Positions 27,789 to 37,829 of a stretch of DNA of 64,000 nucleotides are shown piece after piece (positions within the stretch are counted from its first letter, which is position 1; each line of letters opens with the position of its first letter). The notes under the pieces are model-generated. The model was given only the letters and a program-made list of their open reading frames with translations. It was not told where the DNA came from and did no database searches. A program made the translations under genes and the position numbers. The DNA is from Octopus bimaculoides (Eukaryota), in contig NC_068996.1 in assembly GCF_001194135.2 (NCBI RefSeq), positions 53,251,297-53,315,296 on the forward strand, read 5' to 3'.

Positions 27789-29059
27789 CAGACTTATGCA
27801 CCGGTCTTATCTGTTCATCTGTTTTCCGTTTCTTTTTTGGTGGTGGTGGGTCAGGGATGTCTGTGTGTGTGTGATCCACCCAAAATATATCATTCAACCA
27901 ATCATACATCGGATCTTCCGACTGCAATAAAGTATCGTATGTTCGCTGGAGAAAGATTATGTCTTCTAAGTCAATTCCTTTATTATATATGTCAAAGAAG
28001 ATTTGTTTTTCTTCCTGATAGGTCCGAGGCTGGAATTGAACTTTTGGTTTAATTACTGTGTCCATAATATCACCTTCTCTTTCGTTTACCGATTTATTTG
28101 TGATATCACTCAACATTGAATCCTTGGTGCGTTTCTTTTTCTTTTTGGGTTTTAATCTATCATCATCTATTGCCATCTGACTTTTTGGCATGGTGACGCC
28201 AACTGCTGATGCAGCAGCAAAATGGTCACCAACTGCCCATGATGGTCGCATCTGTACTTCTGATGCAGACTCATCCGTTAATTTATAGTCTTTAAAAGCT
28301 GTCTCAGATAAAGCTGAGTTGCCCGTTTCCAATGATTTACTTTCATCGTGAATACTTCCAATTGCATGAGGTAAGCAGTAATTGTGATCAATAAATATCT
28401 CCACAGGTGGATTATCCTCGTCACATGATTCAGTACGGTCTGAATCATCTGAGTCATCAACACTATGACTGGTATCTTCATCTAATTTTAAGTTCAATGA
28501 TGGTGAAACTCCTTGTGGCCCAGCAGCAACATAATCGTGTTCAGCAATTGCAGGAACAACATATGCTTTTGACCGATCTGCTTTACACACATCTTCATCG
28601 ACCGCAGTAGTCATTTCTGATGAGATATCAGCAACTGGTACATCCTGTTCATTTGTCATAGTGGAATTTCTATCTTCGTCTGTTTCATCCCAAACTTTAC
28701 ACGGTTTCTTTGCAAAAGTATTTAAATTCACACCATCTATTTTGTCTGACGTAACATCAGCTAATTCTGCACCACTAGCCAACACTTTTGGTGTTATCAC
28801 ACAATGCTCTGAATCTACTAATGAAATCTGTTCATCCACTTTGTTTTCATTATCAACACAAATTTCAGATTTTTCAATATTTTTTGTTTCTATCTGGTCC
28901 TTTACCAAGTCATTTGTAATAACGTTTTGACATTCATTCATTTCTAATTCATTAACAAGTAAATTTTGTTTTGTTTCTTCTTTGACTGGAGATGATGGAA
29001 GTTTAAGACACACAGATAATTCTGGTTTTGAATTATTTGACACTTTGGGTTCAGTTTCC
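27789..29059 (-). CDS. SETD1: SETD1 exon: disordered region with EHDY/DHNY motifs and start of the N-SET domain
   Basis: 1271 nt, phase 2/1, ttgcag|G and G|gtaagc. FQPRT..EE..I..DIY..GID.EDI..L...Y..LL...WLND..WVDH is the N-SET pattern. Confidence 0.95.
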
Positions 29060-29069
29060 CTGCAATAAC

Positions 29070-29117
29070 ATCAAAAACAACGTATGAATTTCTATCAAAA
29101 ACAACGTATGAATTTCT
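29070..29117 (+). repeat. Perfect 24-bp tandem duplication in a 3' splice-site region
   Basis: ATCAAAAACAACGTATGAATTTCT twice. Confidence 0.92.
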
Positions 29118-29556
29118 AAACATAAAAGCAAAGTAAGGAAATACAAATAACGGGTGACACAAAAGTGGTGTCAGTTGCACAATCAAGAGTATAAATGCAC
29201 ATGTACACAAATATAAAGATAATAGAAATATCTGTCCAGACAAATCACAAGTATATCTGTAACCAAACCATCACAGAAGCAGTTAAATGTCTTGACAGTA
29301 CAATCGAGGTTATTAGACGAACTGGATGATAAATTCGAGAAAAACAAAAGTGCAACAATTTGAACACTTCACCAAATAGCAGTCGTGTTCTTCAATGTCA
29401 AATATAAAATTTATACGTTTCAACTTTGCTCTATAGTTATCTCAGCTTTGCTTTCTAGACTAGATACATCACCTTAAATCAAAGATATTCAGCTGAAATA
29501 AGGTAAAAATTAAAAAAAAAGGTCAATACTTCAGAGAAAATCAAGATCCCTAGTAC

Positions 29557-29847
29557 ATTATTTACATTTTGACAGATATTTGTCCTCATCTTGTTTGTTG
29601 TTAACACAACGTTTCGGCTCATATACCCTCCAGCCTTCATCAGGTGTCTTGGGGAAATTTCCAACCTGGGTTCTCATTCCTAAGGTATCTTTCGATGATA
29701 TCATTATTATTCAGGTCACTGCCTGGAATTAAACTCGGAATCTTGGGGTTAGTAACCAGCGATCTTAACCACTATGCCATATGCCTGCTGAAAATACCTT
29801 AGGAACGAGACCCCAAGTTTGAAATTTCCTCAAGACACTTGATGAAG
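29557..29847 (-). mobile_element. Complete pLTR copy C (tRNA-like head + AAT tract + hammerhead) with an adjoining inverted partial pLTR at 29791-29847
   Basis: Direct comparison with the other pLTR copies in the window. Confidence 0.8.
29603..29648 (-). ncRNA. Minimal type I hammerhead ribozyme, intact core (copy C)
   Basis: Minus strand reads GACAC-CUGAUGA-A-GGCU(G)-gagggtatat-(G)AGCC-GAAA-CG-UU/GUGUU. Stem I is GACAC:GUGUU, stem II is GGCU:AGCC, stem III is the palindrome AACGUU, and the predicted cleavage triplet is GUU. Confidence 0.75.
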
Positions 29848-30610
29848 TTTTGCTTTTTCTAGTACCTGTCTCACCTTCCACCTTAGTTCATTTCCTTGAG
29901 CTTTTGGTATCTTTACGGCTATCTCCTCAATAGGGGCTATTATGTCCAAATATGGAATGCGCTTGGTGGTTGTCGCAAAGTTGAGACCTTTGTTTAGTAC
30001 TGCTTCTTCAAAGCTTTCCAGGTGTCAGCTACTTACATTAATTACTTCTTTCACAGGTGGGTGACGGATTTCAGTCTCTCACCTTTGAATTTCATAAACT
30101 TCTTAATCTAGCATGTATTCACCATTTCAAATTCTTTCATGTATGACTTTTCCAGATCTTGTTCATCTCTGGTTATTTTCCTTTGATTTTGTTATTTAGC
30201 TGATGTTTTTCTCCAATGGTTGTAATGGATCCTCTCACGGATGAGGGCATGTCCTGCCCTTTCCTAGCTATATATGAATCCACTGGTGTCATTATATACA
30301 AGCGAGGTGGTTTTAGCTTTGAGTCTTTACATCTACACAGGATGGTTAGATGGTTTGAAAGACGAGCTAGTTTTTGATGGAATTTCTCTATAAGTCTCCA
30401 TTGAAGTCTAATGTCAGCTCCGTACCAATTAGATAATACAGTTCTATATTTAAGAGATGAGGAATTATTTACATTATTTACAATTGACAGATATTTGTCT
30501 TCATCTTGTTTGTTGTTAACACAATGTTTTGGCTGATATACCCTCCAGCCTTCATCAGGTGTCTTGGGGAAATTTTGAACCTGGGTTCTCATTCCTAAGG
30601 TATTTTTCGA

Positions 30611-30641
<31 letters not shown>
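29845..30641 (-). mobile_element. Penelope-like element terminal repeat (pLTR, copy D) plus N-terminal part of the PLE ORF
   Basis: The repeat is shared with 29557-29785 and 17208-17555. Translations KLARLSNHLTILCRC and LNKGLNFATTTKRIPYLDIIAPIEE resemble the PLE N-terminus. Confidence 0.8.
30518..30563 (-). ncRNA. Hammerhead ribozyme copy D, core mutated
   Basis: Same 46-nt motif, but GAAA reads AAAA and the stem III CG reads CA. Confidence 0.65.
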
Positions 30642-31619
30642 GTCTTTCAAGTGGATGGACGTGTCTCCTGAAGCTCTGTAAGTTGTTGCTGAATTTTGTA
30701 TGAATATTTGTTGAAATTTGTAATATTTGTGTATATTTGTGTAGCCAAACCAACTAGGTTCTTGCGGAGATGGTCAGTTAGGCGAAGTTTTCCCCGTTTT
30801 AGGGGCAAAATTTTCATTTAAATTCTTGAAATTTCTCATTTCATACTTATTAATTTTTGAAAAATGTCTTTGAAGAGAGCAGCGAGCTGTTCCCTTCTTT
30901 GTGTACCACACCCTCTGGAGACAAATGACAAAACAAGTCGCACGTCAACATGCCCATCTCACGTCTTAAAAGGCAAAGAAATAAATTTCGAAGAGCATTC
31001 CACCACGTGCAGCGCTACTGAATCAAATGTATTGAACCGCCTTTCCGATATACATTTCTCTGCTCTTACCACCACTATTGCTCCTACACTGGAGAAGGAG
31101 GAAGAGAAAAAGAAAAACATACTAAAGAAGACATCAGCAACACCACCAAAAGCCATTGTAACGGTTTCACTTCTGCAGAGCTCGGAAGAAATCAAAGTTA
31201 CAATGGAGGAAATAAAGGATGCAAAAGAGTTGTTAAGGAAAGACGGAAACAATGTCTTCCTTAACACTCCACAAGCCCTAATAAAAGAAACAAACAGACG
31301 AACAATTACATACAAAATTTTCAATAGAAATTACAAGAAAATAGAAATTTCTATAAATTTGCCGGACAGCACAAGAATACACATTGCTGTAGAGAGACGA
31401 AGGCCAAAGTGTTACCTCTGCAGCAGTGACCAACATTTGAAGGTAGACTGTCCTATCTACAAGCATAGAATGGAGGCAGAGAAAAAGAAAAAATTGCAGC
31501 AGCAACGACGACAACAACAGGAGGTGCAGCAGAAAGAAAAACCTAAAGCCTCCACACCACCACCACCACGAAAAGCGACACCACCTCCAACCATCACCAT
31601 ACCAACACCAAAGAAAAGG

Positions 31620-31651
<32 letters not shown>

Positions 31652-34444
31652 TTCAACAGAAATTTCATCACCAACTGAAACAGACCCCAAAGACATCCCC
31701 TTTCCTGACCAAATCAGCTCGGATAGTGTGAGTACTGAGTGAGAAAGGGGAGTGGCACACTGTGCCACCAAAAAAAGAGAGAAGGAACAAAACCAAAGGA
31801 ACAAGTGACAAACAGGGGAGGTGCGAGAAAGGAGAGCTTCCCAACATCATCAACAACAACAACATCCCCTCACAACAATTAGCAACACCTTCTCCACCCC
31901 TAACACCACAAACACCAACACTTACAAACACCACCAACGTTACAGCAANNNNNNNNNNNNNNNNNNNNNNNNNNNNNNNNNNNNNNNNNNNNNNNNNNNN
32001 NNNNNNNNNNNNNNNNNNNNNNNNNNNNNNNNNNNNNNNNNNNNNNNNNNNNNNNNNNNNNNNNNNNNNNNNNNNNNNNNNNNNNNNNNNNNNNNNNNNN
32101 NNNNNNNNNNNNNNNNNNNNNNNNNNNNNNNNNNNNNNNNNNNNNNNNNNNNNNNNNNNNNNNNNNNNNNNNNNNNNNNNNNNNNNNNNNNNNNNNNNNN
32201 NNNNNNNNNNNNNNTAAATACCATTTTTTGAAACATGGTCGTACTAAGAATCAGCAATATAAATGTGAGAGGCCTCGGGTCGCCTTGGAAACAAAGTCAC
32301 CTGCTGAACGACTTGAGGCCTTACAGTGTAGATGTAGCAGCCATTAGCGAAACCGGGCTCTCCAACCCACAGGAACTCACAGCCCTTTTCGGCGGATACG
32401 AGATTTTTCTATCTCCGTGTCAGCCGGGAGCAGACAGTGGTGGTACTGCGGTGCTATTTCGGAAAGGCCTGGATTTGAAAATAAAGGCAGTCTTCCTGGA
32501 TCCAGACAGTAAGTTGGTGGTCCTGGACGTGGACGATAGTAACGGTCGTGCCTTCAGACAGCTGGCTGCCTACGCTCCAACAGGAGTGGGGCAGTCGGAT
32601 TATTTCAAACGTCTGGAGGTTTTCCTGGGTACGTCTCGCATTTAGTGCTAGTTGGGGATTGGAACACTGTCTTAGACGAACGTATCGATAGGGTGGGTGC
32701 GGGAGCATGATAGGAGAGTGGGGTGCAAGAGCCTCGCCAACCTACTCAAACGCTTTCAGCTGTCCAACAGGTATTGACTAGACAACCCGAATGTGCCGCG
32801 ACTCTCGGCCAGTGAGGCGGAGTGCTGCGAAGGACCAATATCTACCTGGGAAGTACAAGAAGCAATGAAAAGCTGCACAAGAGGAAGATCGCCAGGTTTA
32901 GATGGTCTGCCCTACGAGCTTTATACTTCAATGCCAGACTTGTTTGCGGACCTCTTGGCAAATGTCTACTGCAACTGGCAACAAAACGGGAGAATTCCTG
33001 CTTTTGTTTGTCGAGGAGTGGTAGCTTTGCTAAGAAAAGACCCAAACAAGGGGGACGTGATAGGAAGCTTTAGACCCATCACTCTGTTCAATGCAGAGTT
33101 GAAGATTTTGGCCAAGGTGCTAGCCAAGAGGTTGGCGCTTGTCGTGGGCAAGCTGATCGGCAAGGTGCAGACATGCGCTGTACTGAACAGGTCTATCCAC
33201 GACAACCTCCATCTCATGCGCTACATCATTGAGAGGGTGGGTAACGAAGCTGGCGCGGGTGGGGCTCTGATCAATTTAGATCAGTCTAAAGCAGTCGATA
33301 GGGTCAACCATCGATACCTGGCAGCTGTTCTCAAGGCAGCAGGTTTCAGTCTGGTCTTCTGTGGGTGGATAGCTGCTTTATACAGCGGCATCTGCTCGGT
33401 CATACGGGTGAACGGTCACCTTTCCGAGCCGTTTAACATCTTGCGTTTGGTTCGCCAAGGATGCCCTCTCTCCTCCTTCCTCTACGTTATGACTCTTGAG
33501 CCATTACTGCAGAAGTTGGAGGCTTTGAGGGGTGTCCCGCATAATCTGGGATGTGGAAAGAGCATGTCTGCCTATGCCGACGACGTCACTGTGATGGTGT
33601 TGAGCCACATCGACCTGATTGGCGAGACGCTAAACAAGTATGAAGCAGTGACAGGTGCGAAAATTAACGCGGAAAAGTCAGTGGGCTTGCACTGGGCACC
33701 TGGAGGGGCAAGTCCATGCCGTCCAACAACGTCATAGGCTGTTGGATAGACGGTCTCATTAAACTACTTGGGGTCTGGTTCGGTCCAGACCTCCAGGAGG
33801 AGAAAAACTGGGAAGAAGTGACGAGCAGGGTGGCCAATCGCACCCAGAAATGGGCTGAGAGGAAGCTGTCCCTGAAAGGTTGAGCGGAAGTGGCAAATGC
33901 GTACATCGCATCCGTCATCTATTACTGCTTGACCTTCATTTCTTGTCCCGACCACTGGTTGGCCAAGCGCTTGCTCTTCGATTTTCTGTGGAAGGGTCAG
34001 GTACCACTGGTCAGGCTCTCCATCTGCTGTCAACAGCCGCTGAACGGAGGCCTTGGCATGACGTGATTGCTGATGCACAAACATGCGCTCAGGCTATGAC
34101 ATCTCAAGTATTTCCTGGACGGTGAACAGGTGTGGTCGCCGTTCATCAGACGCGATTTTCCGCAGCTCGTTTCTTTAACAGAGCTGCAATCCTGGATCAA
34201 ACGTAGACCGAGAAAGGGTGCTTGGCACCTCGAATGCTGCCAAACTCTCACCACCCTCAGTCAGGCAGGCAATGCGATCGGTAGTAGTTCCACTTTAGCG
34301 TTCTATTGAGGGTTAGCGGCAGAAAAGTGCGACGACGTTCTCAGGGAAACTCTAGGCAATGACGATAATCAACTAAAAAGTCTGTTCGGAAGAACTTTCG
34401 GGCCAGGGCCCATGGATAACTTCCAATGGTCCCTTGCCTGGCAA
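30642..34444 (+). mobile_element. L1-clade (Tx1-like) non-LTR retrotransposon: 5' UTR, ORF1 with CCHC knuckle, degenerate ORF2 (APE + RT), 3'-truncated
   Basis: ORF1 30864-31742 has CYLCSSDQHLKVDC. APE motifs NINVRGL and DVAAISET from 32235. RT motifs SPGLDGLPYE, FRPITL, LDQSKAVDRVNH, QGCPLS and YADD in 32793-33737. Confidence 0.9.
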
Positions 34445-35860
34445 TTATTATTATTCAGGTCACTGCCTGGAACTGAACACGGAATCGTGGGATTGGTAGC
34501 CCATGCTCTTAACTACTACGGCACATGCCCATGGGCAATTATGGAGTCAATTTTTAGGGCTTATAAATCTAATATTTTCCTATTCTTCCTTAACATTGGT
34601 TCCCATATGCTGTTCACATCTACACTCAGTCTGCTTAGGAGGTTGTTGTGTCCTAGCATATGTGCTGCTTCTTTTAGTTTTCGTATTTTCCAGTGGTGTT
34701 CTCTGTCTATTATTTTAACTTCATCCCACAGGGGAAGGTGGTCTCCATTTTTCCATACATGATCAGCTATACCCGATTTATCAATATCTCCTTGTGTCAC
34801 AGCTTTGCAATGTTCCTCTACCCTTATTTTGAGGGGGCGACATGTTTCACCTTTGTATAACCTACCACAGCTGCATGGGGTGGAGTACACGCAGTCTTTG
34901 GTCATATTCTCTTCTATTGGTGGTTTTTACCTGAAGGAGATATTTGCAAAGTGTTGTATTACTCTTGAACACTGTCCTGATGTCAAATGGGCCACATATC
35001 TTTTGTATCTTTCCAGAGAGGCCTTTCACATAGGGTAGACAGACTGTGGTCAGTTTATGGGTTTCATCTTCTCTCTTCTTCATAATTGGAGTGGATACTA
35101 TACTTTTGGGGTAGTTGTTGCTTAACAGATCGTTATTGAGCTTGATCATTTCTTCATGGTGGGTATCACAATCGCTACTTATATTCTTTGTACGATGTTT
35201 TAGGCACTGAGCAATCCCTTTCTTTACACTGTATGGATGGTGGGAATTGAAGTTAAGGTATCGTCCAGTGAAGGTTGGCTTGCGGTATACGGATGTCCTG
35301 AATCCATACTTGGCGCATGTTATTAAAACATCCGAGAATGCTAGCTGATTGTCTTTTTCCTTTTCCATTGTGAACTGTATGGATGGCTTTATTGAGTTCA
35401 CATAATCTAACAGCACTTGGACATCTTCCTGGTGCGGCCAGAGTATAAAGGTGTCATCAACATATCGCAGTCATAGGGTTGGTTTTAGTGGTGTTGATCC
35501 TAAAGCCAAATTCTCAAAGTATTCCATGTATATATTGGCTATTATTGGAGATAAGGGCAAACCCATAAGTAAACCCTCCTCTTGTCGATATATATCAGAA
35601 TCCATACTGAAATAGGTAGTTTCTACACAGAAGGTCAACATTTCCATCAAGTTCCTTATTGCTATACTAGTGCGGTCTTTTAGATGGGTGTCTGTCACTA
35701 CTTTGCTTTTGAATCACCGATAGTGCTTCACCAGTTGGGACTTTGGTGAACAGACTTATCACATCTACATTCACCATCACGCTGGATTCAATGGGGGTAT
35801 CTTTGATCAATTCTGTGAAGTGGGTGGAATATCTGTTGAATACAGTTTCTTAAAACTGTA
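34445..35860 (-). mobile_element. Penelope-like element, degenerate RT + GIY-YIG endonuclease, 5'-truncated
   Basis: Motifs VDVISLFTKVP, EGLLMGLPLSPIIANIYME, YVDD, YRKPTFTGRYLNFNSHHP and VYSTPCSCGRLYKGET..R..EH across frameshifted ORFs. Followed by the tRNA-like head of the terminal repeat at about 34447-34530. Confidence 0.9.
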
Positions 35861-36401
35861 TTCCATTGAAACAGTCTTTTTGCTCATGTTTTGCCTCCAA
35901 CTCAGCAACACTTCAAATTCCACATCATGTGCTAATCATCAGAGAAAATGGTTTAAAAAAACAAACTAAAAAGCATAATTATGTAATTCATATTAAAAAA
36001 AGTCCTACAAGCAAGTTTATTTTTAATCAATTGGATAATTTGAAGAGCTTTTATTTTATATTATAACATGATTTAACCTCTTAGCGTTTAAGCTAGTCAT
36101 ATCCAGCCAAAATATTCTGTTTTAATGTTCAAACTGGCCAGATTTGGCTTCTCGTTATCTCTGCTACAATGCCTTTTTAAAAATAAGTATCATTGAAACC
36201 TGAAAGCTATAAGATAAAGGAACATTATTTCAAAACAAAGTGAATAAATAAGCATTACATTTGACAGAATAATCTAAAATCTAAAGGATTAAACATCAAT
36301 TTAATTCCTATGGATAATAAGTAGGATCACTAATTTGGATTGCTAAAATACTCGTTTCATATTTCTAGTTAATCAAACAATGTGGGTGAATATCAACTTA
36401 C

Positions 36402-36539
36402 CAGAATCCTTCTTTTAAAGATTCCTTCAAGACGTTTCCATCTGAATATTGTTCCACAACAGCTGTATTTCTCAGCATGTCATCTTGGTCATTAGAAGGT
36501 AATGGTGGGAAATCCGGTGCTGCTCCACATAAAACTTGA
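36402..36539 (-). CDS. SETD1: Probable SETD1 exon (QVLCGAAPDFPPLPSNDQDDML...KESLKEGF)
   Basis: 138 nt, phase 2/2, ttttag|T and TG|gtaagt. Only the phase-compatible frame is open. No motif I recognise. Confidence 0.7.
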
Positions 36540-37829
36540 CTAAAATGGACAAATAATTAGGTTTTGTTGAAATTTGATAAACATGTGGGGATCACCTTAC
36601 TCCTCTCCATACTGGTATTTCCATTCAACTGCCCTTCCATCCATGTTCATCACTCACTATATTCACCTCTGCCTCTGATCTTTAATCTTCTTATGAAAAT
36701 ATCTACATCCCATGACCCACTGTTGCTATCCTCTCTTATACTCATCCTCTTGTACCTTGACAGTTTTCTCCAGCATCCCATTACTACCTTCCTTTTATAT
36801 CCTTCAGCCACATATCTCCTCTATAGCAAGACATCTGTGCTTGTACCTCTATCTTATGATCACCTTTTTGTACCTTGAAAGTTTACTCCAGCACTCCATA
36901 CCTTTTACCTCCTTCAGCCATGTATCTCCTCTATCTTGCTTTAACCTTTCAACACTTGGTATAAAATTACCTTTTCTCCTCTCGAATATTTCCCACTAAG
37001 TAATGAAAGCTTTTGCCTTTTCCTTTTTCCTGTTCTTTTTCTGTCTAGCGAGTTATGTGGCGACCTCACTAGATCCAGTTTTCATTATCAATTAAGGCAC
37101 CCAGTACACACTGTAAAGTATGGGCATCCAGCCATACAAACCACTGGAGCCTGACATGGACTTGTGACTCGCTAGATCCTGTCAAATCATCCAACCCATG
37201 CCAGCATGGAAAGCTGACATATGACGATGAATACTTGAGCATGAAAAATGTACCTATAGAGATCTTTTATTGCTATAGTCTTCCCTCAAATTCTTTAAAG
37301 AACTGAAACTCTATTAATGACATTTTACTTTGACTTTGAATGTACTTCTACTTGGCAAATGGTTTCTCTAAGAATTGTTTAAAGTTTATTATGATCACAT
37401 TTCATGGAGGTTCACCAATATTTCTTGTGGTGGCATCATGAACAGATTCTATATTACTGATAGTTTAGAGATTAATTCCAAGAATATTTTCCTACAGATG
37501 GTCACCGTGCTTCTTCCACTCCTTCCAAACTATGTTTCTGCTATATTACTAATAGGGTTCCTTAAGAAGCAAACAACACAGTGCTCCCAATTGCTGATTG
37601 GTTATCTCCTTGCACTGCACAGTTCCCTACGCAAAGAAAGGTGAGCAATACAGATACTATGCACCATGCATTAATTCTTTTAATGTATTAATTGGTCCAC
37701 CTCAATGTGCTGCACAGGCTGGTATTTTATGGTTGGATACTATGCTACACTGTAACCTTTTCAATAAACCATTACATATATGAGTGCACAGTATGATCTT
37801 GAGCTTGAAAGTGACAGTATAATCCAGAC

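Noticed and set aside
29700-29785. Functional tRNA gene
   Set aside because: A/B-box-like motifs are present, but I cannot fold a full cloverleaf and it is embedded in a mobile repeat.
30959-31937. Minus-strand ORFs 30959-31324, 31278-31517, 31457-31804 and 31668-31937
   Set aside because: They are antisense shadows of Tx1 ORF1.
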